Positions 1-11,199 of a stretch of DNA of 24,674 nt are shown piece after piece (within the stretch, counting starts at the first letter, position 1; every line of letters starts with the position of its first letter). The DNA lies in assembly GCF_006345805.1 (NCBI RefSeq), contig NW_021836285.1:1-24674 (forward strand), written 5' to 3'. A program made the position numbers and the translations under genes. A model generated the notes under the pieces. The model did no database searches and was not told where the DNA came from. It saw only the letters and a list, made by a program, of their open reading frames with translations. The stretch comes from Octopus sinensis (lineage: Eukaryota).

Positions 1-146
1 TCTACCAAATCCACTCACAAGGCTTCGGTCAGCCCGAGGCTATATTAGAAGACACTTGCCCAAGGTGCCAAGTGCCACGCAGTGGATGAACTCGGAATCA
101 TGTGGTTGGTAAGCAAGCTACTTACCACACAGTCACTCCTGCGCCT
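1..146 (-). mobile_element. tRNA-derived SINE, family A (CORE-like), 5' part, cut by the window edge
   Basis: The reverse complement begins aggcgcaggagtgactgtgtggtaag...ccacatgattccgagttca (A/B-box-like), followed by cttgggcaagtgtcttct. It is nearly identical to 5080-5208. Confidence 0.85.
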
Positions 147-149
147 ATT

Positions 150-230
150 TCTCATGTAAAATAATTTTGTTTTTTAATCTTGGATTTAAATGGTTTTGAC
201 TTACTGTGAGGTGACTTTTGGCCAGACCTG
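150..230 (-). mobile_element. Possible Tc1/mariner terminal fragment
   Basis: The minus strand reads TA|CAGGTCTGGCCAAAAGT, resembling Tc1-type TIR starts after a TA target. No partner TIR was found. Confidence 0.35.
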
Positions 231-409
231 TATATCGACAAAACAAGTACTGCGAAAGATAAACTTCATGGCGGTGCTCCAGCATGGTCACGCGTAAAAG
301 AATCGTATACAAATGAGAGGAGAGTATATTTTTTTTACCTTTCGGATTAAATATCGTTATAATCGTTTGTTCAAAGATGGATTTAAGAACGAAGTGTCTA
401 ATGTCCACA

Positions 410-730
410 TACACATGCATACAAACACCCACGTATGCAGACACCCACCCACACACATACACACTCACACACACGCAAACACATACACAAACATGTATAT
501 AAATATATATATATATATATATATACATATATATATACATACATATACACACACATACCTACATACAAACCACGCGCACACCCACGCAAGTACGTGAGCA
601 GGTGAACAGTTTTGTGATTAGAGAGCATTTAACGTTTGTTCATCCATCTACACACACACACACGTTCACACGTATTTAAACACACACGCGCGCGCGCGTC
701 AACACTTATTTACACTCACACATACATCAG
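410..730. repeat. (CA)n/(TA)n/(CG)n compound microsatellite
   Basis: Seen directly; it accounts for ORFs 145..552, 313..597 and 398..628. Confidence 0.9.
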
Positions 731-1070
731 GAAACAAATGAACAAACGCAGCTACGAATTAACTGAAACGGTCAGACGCCATTCCTCATTCTCCCCACAT
801 ACACTTACACCCACACAAGGAAAGATAAATGGTCCTAATACATTATTGATAAAATTACGCTCATGTTTACATCCACATAAAAGAGACATATACACAAATA
901 CACACCCACCCGTTTGCTCGCACCTTCACACTTGTTAACAAGACTCAGAAGTGTACAACAGGGTACATTGTAATTACTGTTGCTCAGATATTTTCTACGT
1001 CATGTAGTACAGAGAAACTCTTAACAACTATTCGCTATTTTCCCTTTCATTCCCTCTTCTTTTCTGTAAG

Positions 1071-1141
<71 letters not shown>
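1071..1141. repeat. (TA)n microsatellite
   Basis: Seen directly. Confidence 0.95.
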
Positions 1142-1143
<2 letters not shown>

Positions 1144-1235
1144 GAAGCTTTATGAAATTAAACAAAAGACGAAGGCAGGTGGAATACAAACAAACAATTG
1201 TATTAGTATGCGCTCAGGGATATAAATAAAACAAG

Positions 1236-1273
1236 TCTTTTACGTTTCGAGCCTACGCTCTTCAACAGAAAGA
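1236..1273 (-). ncRNA. Minimal type I hammerhead motif, core variant CUGUUGA
   Basis: tcttt-CTGTTGA-A-GAGC-gtag-GCTC-GAAAC-GTA-aaaga. Stem I is 5 bp, stem II 4 bp, and stem III is the ACGT palindrome. Confidence 0.75.
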
Positions 1274-1445
1274 TACACAGAAAAGAAACACAGAAAGAAA
1301 CAAGGAGAGAAAAAAAAAGCGTGCGGGGGCTAGCGAATCAATATATATATATATAGGGAGAGTTTACGAAAAAAACAAAAGACGTAGACAGGTGGTGTAC
1401 AAAACAAACAGATGTATTAGTATAACGCTCGGGAATAGAAAAAGT

Positions 1446-1481
1446 CTTTTACGTTTCGAGCCTACGCTCTTCTACAGAAAG
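1446..1481 (-). ncRNA. Minimal type I hammerhead motif, core variant CUGUAGA
   Basis: cttt-CTGTAGA-A-GAGC-gtag-GCTC-GAAAC-GTA-aaag. Confidence 0.75.
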
Positions 1482-1544
1482 GGACACAGAAAAAACAAAG
1501 AGAGAAAAAAATGTGTGTAGTGGCTAACGATCTATCATGGCGAC

Positions 1545-1577
1545 TATGTATGTATGTATGTATGTATGTATGTATGC

Positions 1578-1610
<33 letters not shown>

Positions 1611-1682
1611 TGTATGTATGTATGTGTGTATGTATGTATGTATGTATGTATTTGTGCGTGTATGCATGTATGTATGTATGAA
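1545..1682. repeat. (TATG)n microsatellite
   Basis: Seen directly. Confidence 0.95.
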
Positions 1683-1686
1683 TGTG

Positions 1687-1790
1687 AAGGCGCGTGGCTT
1701 AGTGGTTAGGGACATTCGGCTCACGATTGTAAAGTCGTGAGTTCGATTCCCGGCAACGCGTTGTGTCCTTGAGCAAAACACTTTATTTCA
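1687..1790 (+). mobile_element. tRNA-derived SINE head, 3'-truncated
   Basis: A box TGGCTTAGTGG and B box GTTCGATTCC, followed by gttgtgtccttgagcaaaacacttt rather than a tRNA acceptor stem. Confidence 0.75.
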
Positions 1791-2408
1791 AGTTATTTCC
1801 GTTAGTGAAACGTTCATAGTTGTGCTAATTCTCCTTGAGAACAATTCTTGGTGGTTGAGACCATTGCGGATCTATTTTTAGCGAAAGAGCGACCTCTCTT
1901 ATATTTGTGTATATAGATATATTCCTTAATGGAATATATGCGCCGGTCCGTCGCAGGATTACTCATGTTTTACCAGCTAAGGGGACTGGAGCAACGGGAA
2001 ATTTAGAACATAGCATACATATAAATATAAACCTTATATTCCTAAAATAAATGAAGTTCTTCGCGTGAAGAGAAAGACAATTTGAGGGCTAAAATAATTT
2101 AAAGACTAAAACAATAATCTTCCCGTGGAATCATACAATATCTGAAAGCATACAATTTAGGAAAAGGTGAATAATAAAATTACTGTATTTACACCTTAAA
2201 AGATAATTTCCAAGACAAAGATTACATTGGAAAGCACCGAGAAAGTATTGTACAAAGGATTTGTATTAAAGCTGTCAGGAAGTGTAGCCGTTTTGTGCGG
2301 ATGCTTATTGCTGAAACGTCTTTTAAGGAGCAAATGAACGTTGGATGAGAGGGTGCATTTAATTATGAAATGCTAAAGAATTTCAAGATTCGTCACGATA
2401 TTGGTGGA

Positions 2409-2788
2409 AGCACTCCGTCGGTTACGACGACGAGGGTTCCGGTTAATCCGAATCAACGGAACAGCCTGCTCGTGAAATTAACGTGTAAGTGGCTGAGCAC
2501 TCCACAGACACGTGTACCCTTAACGTAGTTCTCGGGGATATTCAGCGTGACACAGAGAGTGACAAGGCCGGCCCTTTGAAATACAGGTACAACAGAAACA
2601 GGAAGTAAGAGTGAGAGAAAGTTGTGGTGAAAGAGTACAGCAGGGATCACCACCATCCCTGCCGGAGCCTCGTGGAGCTTTAGGTGTTTTCGCTCAATAA
2701 ACACTCACAACGCCCGGTCTGGGAATCGAAACCGCGATCCTATGACCGCGAGTCCGCTGCCCTAACCACTGGGCCATTGCGCCTCCAC
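2409..2788 (-). mobile_element. tRNA-derived SINE, family B, apparently full length
   Basis: Minus strand: ggaggcgcaatggcccagtggttagg (A box) ... gtttcgattccc (B box), then a body and a tail ending gtcgtaaccgacggagtgct. Confidence 0.8.
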
Positions 2789-3214
2789 ACGATATTGGTA
2801 GGAATTATTAGATAGCCAGTCGTCTCATACACAGTGCAGCATTAAAAAGGTATATGGTCACCGACTATGATCTAACAGCCGACCAAATTTATATAAATTG
2901 TAAAACAGAAATTCATTGAAACAGTTTTCTCACAAAACCTTGAATGGAAACCAGGAACGAAATAAGCTTAGTAAGGTAAGATTAACCGGATTAACGTGTG
3001 TCAGTGTTTCAGTTCAGCATAAAATTAAGCTTTTGGTCATTGGCAAATTCCTTGAACGACATTATTTACTTTCCTACCACATATAAAACCGAAAAGAGCA
3101 TTTGGATGGACAAATACATATGATATTTCGCGATGGTTCACTTATGATTTTATTCCATCAATTCCCCGGAAGTTAAGGAAATTGTGGGAAGCATATAAAT
3201 ACAAAGCGTCAGCT

Positions 3215-3375
3215 AGGCATGGCTGTGTACTAAGAAGTTTGCTTTCTAACCATATAGTTCCGGGTTCAGTCTCACTGCGAGGCACTTTGGGCGATTGTCT
3301 TCTAGTACAGCCGCGGGCCGACCAAAGACTTGTGAGTGGATTTTTGTTAGACAGAAACTGAAAGAAACCGTTCTC

Positions 3376-3409
<34 letters not shown>

Positions 3410-3557
3410 TTGTGTGTGTGTATTGTGTGTGTGTGTATTTGTGTGTATGTCTGTATTTGTGTGTGTGTGTGCGTGTGTGTTTGTGTGTGTATTTGTGTGT
3501 GTGTGTGTATTTGTGTGTGTGTGTGTATTTGTGTGTGTATTTGTGTGTGTATTTGTG

Positions 3558-3592
<35 letters not shown>

Positions 3593-3596
3593 GTTG

Positions 3597-3627
<31 letters not shown>

Positions 3628-3687
3628 TTGTGTGAGTGTGTGTATTTGTGTGTGTGTGTGTGTATTTGTGTGTGTGTGTGTGTGTGT

Positions 3688-3718
<31 letters not shown>

Positions 3719-3893
3719 GTTGACAACTGGTGCTGGTGTTTACGTCTCAGTAACTTAGCAGTTCGGCAAAAAAACCCATGGAATGAGTACCAAAATAAAA
3801 TACTACTGGGATCAATTAGTTCGGCTACAGTTCTTCGACACGGTGCCCCAGCATGGTCGTAGTCTAATGAGTGAAACCAGTAAAAGGTAAGAG
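3215..3893 (+). mobile_element. SINE family A with expanded internal (TG)n (3378-3720)
   Basis: Head aggcatggctgtg...ccgggttcagtc, then the body and tail ccagcatggtcgtagtctaatgagtgaaaccagtaaaag. It is the reverse complement of the 4811-5208 family. Confidence 0.85.
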
Positions 3894-4519
3894 GCAAAAG
3901 CTTCTTCTCAACACCTGTAGCAACCCACCCTTCCCCCGCATCAGTAAAACAAGTGTCGAGTTGCAGGAATATTCAGGCAAGCTTCTTGCCAACAAACGTA
4001 ACATTCATAGGTCAAGGGGCCAACTCGAAACTTTAAATGTTGTCATAAAATTGGATTGATGACGAAAATACCGAGCAACAATGTCAACCATAGAAACTTT
4101 CAATGCTGTGTTTATAATCGACAATGTTATCATTTACACTTGTGGAATGCTGTCAAACTTGGAATATTTTAAGAGCGGGATGAAAGGTAAATGTTTGCAG
4201 ATTTCGAGTGTGATGAAGGCAAAAGTTTAGAAGGATTCTATATCTACTAAAAAAAGAAAAACGGTGTCTGATGTACGAGAACTGATGGGAACTTTCAAAT
4301 TATTTCTAGAAATCAATTCCCTGTACAAGCTGAATGCTGTTTGTGCAGAAGATTGGATACACAGTGGAGACGATAATAGAAATACAGAGACCTTCATTCA
4401 AAGCACAATATTTCTACCGAAGACAAGAGAATTATTCAAAAGAATCGAATAAAGAAGACAACAAATTAGAAGAAGGGATATCTTGGCAAAGTGTTGTAAA
4501 GCACTTTGGAACGATTATG

Positions 4520-4795
4520 AATGTACGTATGTGTGAATGTATGTATGTATGTATGTATGTATGTATGTATGTATGTGTGAATGTATGTATGTGTGAATGT
4601 ATGTATGTGTGAATGTATGTATGTATGTATGTGTGTATGTATGTGTATGTATGTATGTGTGAATGTATGTATGTACGTATGTGTGAATGTATGTATGTGT
4701 GTATGTGTGTGTGTATGTATGTGTGAACGTATGTATGTATGTGTGTATGTATGTGTGTATGTATGTATGTGTGAATGTATGTATGTGTGAATGTA
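4520..4795. repeat. (TATG)n/(TGAATGTA)n compound microsatellite
   Basis: Seen directly. Confidence 0.95.
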
Positions 4796-4810
4796 TTATG
4801 TAAATATATA

Positions 4811-5208
4811 CTCTTTTACTTGTTTCAGTCATTTGACTGCGGCCATGCTGGAGCACCGCCTTTAGTCGAGCAAATCGACCCCAGAGCTTATTCTTTGTAA
4901 GCCTAGTACTTATTCTATCGGTCTCTTTTGCCGAACCACTAAGTTACGGGGACATGAACACACCAGCATCGGTTGTCAAGCGATGTTGTGGGGACAGAAA
5001 CAAACATATACATACACACACATATACACATATATATATATATACATATACGACGGGCTTCTTTCTGTTTCCGTCTACCAAATCCACTCACAAGGCTTTG
5101 GTCGGCCCGAGGTTATAGTAGAAGACACTTGCCCAAGGTGCCACGCAGCGAGACTGAACCCGGGACCATGTGGTTGGTAAGCAAGCTACTTACCGCACAG
5201 CCACACCT
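4811..5208 (-). mobile_element. SINE family A, full length, with internal CA/TA tract
   Basis: tRNA-like head at 5208-5140, CORE-like gcaccttgggcaagtgtcttc, and tail ctcttttacttgtttcagtcatttgactgcggccatgctggagcaccgcc shared with the other copies. Confidence 0.9.
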
Positions 5209-5519
5209 GGGGCTATATATATATAATAACAAAATAAATAAAACCTATGCATATATACATACATATAAGTACGTACCTACATCTATACGTATATATACAT
5301 GCATATATGCGTACAGGACACCAAAAAAAAAACCGTTGAACACAATGAGAAACGAAAAGATAAAAACAGAACCATGGAAACGGACATCTTTTTAAACAAC
5401 GAAAAAACTGGGTACAAGACGTACGACACAAGAAAAATTCCCCTTTTTCAGCCGCCTCCGTTTCGTCTACTCCGTGTTTCGATATATATATATATTCAGG
5501 ATGAGGGCTAAATGACTGC

Positions 5520-6250
5520 CCAGAAGACGACCAGAGTGGAAAAGAAGTGTCTGAAAGCTTAAAGATCCTCTGAATGAACAAAGATTTCGAGACATATTAC
5601 TTGAAGTTTTTGACGAAAAAGAGGAGGATGTAGTATCATATAACATGGAGGACAACTGGTGGTTCCTACGGGACAACCTATTGGGGGCTAATGACCAGAT
5701 CTGTAGCTGGTGCAAAGTCCCCTCTCGTCCTTAGGTGACATGGTGGTGGAACAATGTAGTTTACAGGACCACTAGGGAAAAGAAACAGGCATGGAAGGAC
5801 TAGAAGTGTAGTGGTAGCAAGGAAACGTATCAGATAGCTAGAAGAGAAGCTAGGAGACATGTTTATTTAGAGGGGAAGCAGATAAGAAGAAATTTACCAA
5901 TGTTCTGCGTCGTGAGGACCAGAGACTTGAAGTGTTTCGAATTACAAGATAGTGTGTGAGAGAAAATCGCGATGTCATTGGAGAGAAATGTGTCCGCACG
6001 GATGATGGGTCACTTGCATTTAATGATGCTGCAAAGAGAGAGGGACTTGGCGACGTCACTAAATTAAGAGAATGAATGGGGGAAAGAGAGTTTGCCAAAC
6101 GTCGACCTAACAGAGGGACCAGCTCTCCGAATTGAGAGTACCTTGGTAGATAAAGCAATTAAGGGTTTGAATACAGGGAAATCCCCCGGCCCATCAGGAA
6201 TCACTGTTGAGACGCTTAAAATATCTGGTGGGGTAGGCTATAGTCTACGA
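5520..6250 (+). pseudogene. RTE-clade LINE ORF fragment (linker between endonuclease and RT), with stops and frameshifts
   Basis: Manual translation: KLKDPLNEQRF...TWWWNNVV...EKKQAWK...YQIARREARR...RENRDVIGEKCVRTDDGSL...VDKAIKGLNTGKSPGPSGITVETLK. Confidence 0.8.
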
Positions 6251-6264
6251 GTGAAATTGTAGCC

Positions 6265-6640
6265 GTTGCAGGTAAAAAACACCATTCGAGAGGGGCCGAT
6301 GCTAGTGCCGCATGACTAGCATACGTGTCGTTGGCACATAAAAAGCAAAATTCGATCGTGGCTGATGCCAATTGCTGCCTGATTGGCACCCGTGCTGGTG
6401 GCACGTAAAAGCCACCATTCGAGCATAGTGCCGTCTGACTGACTCCCGTGTCGGTGGCACGTAAAAAGCACCCACTATACTCTCAGAATGGTAGGCGTTA
6501 GGAAGGGCATCCAGCTATAGAAACCTTGCCGAATAAGATTGGAGCTTGGTGCAACCGCCCATCTTGCCAGTTCTCAGTCAAACCGTCCAACCCATGCCAG
6601 AACCGAAAGCGGACGTTAAACGACGACGACAATGATGATA
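6265..6640 (+). mobile_element. SINE body or RTE-type 3' tail with internal ggcacgtaaaaagcacc repeats
   Basis: Four imperfect copies of the motif between 6266 and 6472, then ggcgttaggaagggcatccagc...cccatgccag...ggacgttaaa and a (gac/gat)n tail. Confidence 0.65.
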
Positions 6641-6679
6641 ATGCATACATACATATATTACACACACACACACACACAG

Positions 6680-7125
6680 ATATATATATCAGATAAAAGA
6701 GTTGGAATGAAAGAACCTAGCGGAATTCACGGTAAACATTCCAGCGCCCAACCTCAGATTCGTTGTTCCAGAGGAGGTGACGGTAACATCGCTCCAACCA
6801 GACATGTTCGTATTATCCAGGAGCGCAAAAGCAATAACTGTGGTTGAACTCCCAATGCCCTAGGAGGACTGATTTGACATTTCGCACCAGCTGAAGAAAA
6901 CCTGATATCAGTATTCGATCGATGAGGCGCATGTGAAGAGATGGTGCGCGGCCTCATTCCTTTTTTTAAGTAAGCTGTCATGGCTTTCCACCAGGATAGG
7001 TGCGCTATCTACCGCATAAGAATTGTTCAGATTACAAACGACTGAAGAAAGGCATCGCAGCTAAAGCCAGCTCAAGTGGCTTTGGTTGACAAGAGACCGC
7101 AGATGGAAACTCCGTAGGCGAAGGC
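6680..7125 (+). pseudogene. Restriction-like endonuclease (RLE) C-terminus of a HERO-like / R2-superfamily non-LTR element, degraded
   Basis: Manual translation: LRFVVPEEVTVTSLQPDMFVLSRSAKAITVVELPMP*ED...SHQLKKT*Y...(E)VSCHGF...KWLWLTRDRRWK. This matches the PD..ELxxP.E..K.KY..EVGxxGF..WLW pattern. Confidence 0.7.
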
Positions 7126-7209
7126 TAAATGAGTTCGAGCAACTCCTATTCAGGAAAGCTTATAGGCTAAGGAACGAGGAAGCGATATATACATACATCC
7201 TTTATATTA

Positions 7210-7408
7210 TAGGCACAAAACCTGAAATTATGGAGGAGAAGGCTAGACGATTTCATCAATCCCAGTACTCAACTGGTACTTATTTCATCGACCCCGAAAG
7301 GATGAAAGACAAAGTCGACCTCCGCAGGATTTGAACTCAGAATGTAGAGACATTAAATACTGCTTAAATTAGTTCCCGGTGTTCTAACGATTCTAACACC
7401 TCGCCACT
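7210..7408 (-). mobile_element. tRNA-derived SINE with Nin-like central domain
   Basis: Minus strand: gagttcaaatcctgcggaggtcgactttgtctttcatcctttcggggtcgatgaaataagtaccag. Confidence 0.7.
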
Positions 7409-9051
7409 TTTATACACACACACACATATATATATATATATACATCAATTCTAATTTTCGGTCTGCATTATATTTATATTTATATTTTGCCTTAAATTAT
7501 TTTTAATTTTAATCCATTCCTTATTTAATAGATATTCGAGTGTATGCACGCACATTTGTGTATGTATGTATTCAATTTTAGCACCAACACTTCAACGAAT
7601 ACTTCACATAACAACATGAGTTAGCACCCAAGTCTGACATTTTACCTGTTACAGAACAGGTGTTTTACTTCTTACGCTCCACTCAAGGCTTATTGTAAGA
7701 GATTTATGCACCTGAAGATTGAATTGCGAATGTATGATTTAAGATCATGAAACAATACGTAGTGATCGCTTGAATTTTCATTATAATAAACTAGCAGGAA
7801 GACCACACGCTGGGCGGCTTTCTGCTAGCCCCTTGATAATATTTTCACATTTGATTCCCAATTCTAATAATTTTGATATTTTACGTCTAATTATGTCTTT
7901 GTATAATTGTGCTCACTTGCTTAGTAAGTATTGCTTTCATTATTTTATCACAGTCATAATCTCTCCTTTTTAAACAAACATCATAGTAGTCCAACAATAG
8001 AGGAAGAAGCAGTTTGTTAAGTTTCACCTTCCCCTCAAAGCAACATAGAGATTTCAATTCAGCTGCCCTTGTGTAAGCTTTGCAGTGTGTATGCAAGAGA
8101 GAGTGGGGAGAGAGTGCATTGCAAACAATGAATGAAATAAACATGAAATGAAAAGATTGTATAAATGAAAGGTGTATACGCCCCCGACTTTGTTGGCTCA
8201 TGACATCCAGAAAAATGGATATTTTTTAACAAAATTTTCTACAAATACGGCTTAGATATTATGGCCTCCGAGTTTACAAGGATTTATGAGAAAGAAGTTT
8301 TCCGAGGGGGTGGAGAGAGGAGTTTTGGAAAATTCACACAATCTGACTTTTTCCCTCATAACTTTCAGGAAGATGGATATCATTTAATGAAAATTTATAC
8401 AAATCCCTTTCAAACGGCATAGATTACGATTACAAAGAAATTTGTGGGGAAGTTTTTTTCAGAGATTTTCCTCATTTTTTCTAAACCACAGCCTTCTAAA
8501 TGATGGGGTGGTGGGGACATCTTTGTATGAAAAAGTTTTGTAAACTTTTTTTTACACCCCTTCCCTCATCATCCCACGCCGGACCTATTTTGTCCAATTT
8601 TTTTTACACTTCAAAACTATGGGAAGAGCATTTTCGATAACAAAATTTTGTTAATATTTTCAGAGGGAAGAGTGATTTAAGGGCGATTGGGCTGTTGCTT
8701 CTAGCATATCCAAAGACAACCCTCCTCGTTTCTTTATCACTCTTGCATGTATTGATGTTTTTCAATATTTCTTCCCCATAAATACATTTATTTGCTACCA
8801 AAAAAGCATATTTGAGAAAATATGAATTTTTTGCAACCCCAATCCCTGCCGCGATTGTTTCTGTTTAGAAATTAAAATATTTGAGAGCCTGAGAAGGTCA
8901 TTGCTGGTATTTATCCACAGTGATTTAAAAAAATTACGGAGATGTACTCGCATAGCAAGTGACTTGTTCCGAGATCATGTGCTGAAACAAAAACAATTGC
9001 AGCATAGAGCTTGTAAGCCTCTCAAGAACACTCAGAAACCGTTAGTTTTAC

Positions 9052-9215
9052 GGTACCACTTAAATACAGAGGTCCCGATATGAAGTGGGGAGGGTTAGTT
9101 TTAGAGTTAAGGTCAGGGCTAGTTGTAGGGATAGATAGGGTTAGGGTGTCATTATACGTCCACACGGCGTACATTTAAAATGTTTTGTACATAACACCTG
9201 TATTTAATTAGTACC
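9052..9215. mobile_element. Small TIR MITE, possibly Merlin-like
   Basis: Imperfect ~19-bp TIRs GGTACcacttaaatacag...cctgtatttaattaGTACC. The flanks agttttac/agtttccc could be a decayed 8-bp TSD. Internal degenerate gggttag repeats. Confidence 0.55.
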
Positions 9216-9846
9216 AGTTTCCCATCGACATTAAATTTCATGTGACAAAATATTTTCTTCGCTTTGAAACCGCGACCTGTTCACTGACAAAACTTCGCAA
9301 AAGTAATGCAGCACGAAGTCAGTGAACAACACACACACACACACACACTCATTGTTTTTCATTTGTGTGTAAGTATATCTATGTGTGTGCGCGAGTGTGT
9401 CACTGTTGAAGTTGCTCGTTCTACTTGTTTGTGTATATATTGGCCTAACCGTACAGAGTGTTTAGAACCTGTGAATAAGGTGCAAGTTTCGAGTACTTGA
9501 CGGTAACTTTTTTCTCTTCGTCTTCTAATAGTAATGACCCAACTTTCTAAGCTCTTCTCACAACTATCCCGCGATCAAAAATTATACGTGTATTTAAAAA
9601 ATTTTCATTCAATAAATAGAATAATTTTTATTCAATAAATAGAATAATAAATAATAAATTACGAATACATCAATAGAATAAACTGTCTGTTTTCCATATA
9701 GCAAATGAAAACTTAAAAGAGAAAGTGAGAGACTTTGCAATGAGAATGGAATACTCCGCAGTGAACGCAATGAGTATTTAAATTTGCGAGAAATTAGAAT
9801 TAAAAACATTCAAGAAACTTCACAAATCGAAATTATAGGAAATTTC

Positions 9847-10259
9847 GGATCTTTTCGGTTTGAACGGCAGTTTTTTAAAATAATTTCCACGTAACTAAAC
9901 ACTTTTAAACTTCGTATAATGGTAGAATGTGTTTATAAAACCTCTTTTTCTCTTGGCTTTATTGAGAAAATTCTATAGTTTGTAAGATATTTGTTGTTTT
10001 TTTTCTTCAATTTCTGCAATTTCAACCAATCAATTACGTCTATTGAGGTAAAAAAACATTCTGTGCCGTATGAATATGTCCCTCGTTTAAGAAACAGATT
10101 GGGTTTATTTACATTTCTGAAGAAAAAAAGATACCCTTCCTCCAACCCCTAACCCTAAAACAGATTGAAATACAATAGATCGATACTAGGGTCATAATTA
10201 TGGGTGACAATTTCATATGACACCGCTAGAAAAAACTGCCGTTCAAACCGAAATGATCC
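9847..10259. mobile_element. 413-bp MITE with ~30-bp TIRs
   Basis: ggatcttttcggtttgaacggcagtttttt ... aaaaaactgccgttcaaaccgaaatgatcc (one mismatch), flanked on both sides by gaaatttc (9839-9846, 10260-10267). That octamer is palindromic, so it could be a TSD or an extension of the TIR. Confidence 0.9.
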
Positions 10260-10407
10260 GAAATTTCTTAGAACATGAATTTATAAAAAATATTTCCAGG
10301 CGATCAAACCATTAATAATTGCTTTCTTAAGTACTTTTAGTAATTGTGAGATATCTAATTAATAAGAAGCTCTCTCCATTATAATATAGATAAGTATATA
10401 TACATAC

Positions 10408-10761
10408 CTCTTATCTATTATTTGTTTCAGTCATTGGACTGTGGCCACGCTGGAGCGCCGCCTTGATGAGCATTCACTGGAATGAATTGACCCTAGGGCT
10501 TATTTTTTAAAAGCCTGGCGCTTATTCTATCGGTTTCTTACCGCCGAACCGCTATTACGGGGACGTGAACCAACCAACAATGGTGGGGACTAACACAGAC
10601 ACAAAGACATACACACCACACTTGTAATATATACGACGGGCCGCTTTCACTTTCCGTGTACCAAATCCATTCACAAGGGTTACCCAAGGTACCATGCAGT
10701 GGGATTGAACCCAGAACCACGTAGTTGGGAAAAAACATGTTATCATACTGACACGCCTGCG

Positions 10762-10764
<3 letters not shown>
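10408..10764 (-). mobile_element. SINE family A copy
   Basis: Same head (cctgcgcct end), CORE-like segment and tail (tttgtttcagtcattggactgtggccacgctggagcgccgcc) as 4811-5208. Confidence 0.85.
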
Positions 10765-10799
<35 letters not shown>

Positions 10800-11001
10800 T
10801 ACATATACGTATGTATGTATGTATCTCTCTGTATATATATATATATATATGAATACATATATAGCATATAGCTTAACATTGATTTAATTTTGATTTTCGA
10901 ATATCTATCGGCTATTTATCATATATTTTCTAGAGAGATTGCTCGGTTCTGAGAAGGCAACTTTCAAGACAGTTGTTCAAGATAGAAAAGATGTGACTTA
11001 C

Positions 11002-11199
11002 TTTGATGCCCGAGAGACCTTGAAATTGTATTCACTTGGGTGAAGAGACATGTTGATAAGTTCAACACAAAATTCTTGGATGAGCGCATCTTTGGCCTGA
11101 ATACTTTTTTGGTTGTTCTGAATGCTTCGAGTAAACATATTCATCGGAGTTGGAAAATCCTCGAAAGAATAAAGTTCAGCAACAACTTCATCATTTTTC
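11002..11199 (-). CDS. Candidate internal coding exon of an unidentified host gene (198 bp, phase 2-2)
   Basis: Acceptor tttctcaatattttttcag|G and donor aa|GTAAGT. One frame is open throughout: KNDEVVAELYSFEDFPTPMNMFTRSIQNNQKSIQAKDALIQEFCVELINMSLHPSEYNFKVSRAS. The protein is not recognised. Confidence 0.6.

Larger units (their letters stand above)
1142..1540 (-). mobile_element. Tandem pair of ~190-200 bp PLE pseudo-LTR-like units, each with a minimal HHR
   Basis: Two diverged direct repeats (~1142-1340 and ~1356-1540) are separated by (TA)n. Both contain gtcttttacgtttcgagcctacgctcttc.acagaaag. Confidence 0.75.

Noticed and set aside
145-938. ORFs rich in YI/HT/CV dipeptides (also 1524-1781, 3142-3897, 4515-4856, 10555-10887, 21007-21304, 23892-24562)
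   Set aside because: They are translations of microsatellites and SINEs, not genes.
1687-1760. tRNA-like sequence (also the SINE heads at 2715-2788, 3215-3280 and 5140-5208)
   Set aside because: A and B boxes are present, but there is no proper acceptor stem and each runs into a SINE body.
2268-2325. GAAACGTC with upstream CTGTCAGGA
   Set aside because: The core does not match CUGANGA and the stems are weak.
3900-4515. Short ORFs with acidic stretches, vaguely like a transposase tail
   Set aside because: No diagnostic motif recognised; the frames are broken.
6265-6475. Spaced short direct repeats that superficially resemble a CRISPR array
   Set aside because: Eukaryotic context, degenerate repeats, related spacers, and part of a SINE/RTE tail.
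7042-7100. CTGAAGA...GAAAC-tcc-GTA hammerhead-like string
   Set aside because: It lies in the RLE coding relic; stem I does not pair and stem II is offset by 4 nt.
8200-8870. Homopolymer-rich block that looks like an old non-autonomous DNA element
   Set aside because: No termini, TIRs or internal repeat could be demonstrated.
8925-8990. Minus-strand acceptor-like ttgtttttgtttcag (possible next exon)
   Set aside because: The frame continuing from the phase-2 exon hits TGA at once, and there is no strong donor.
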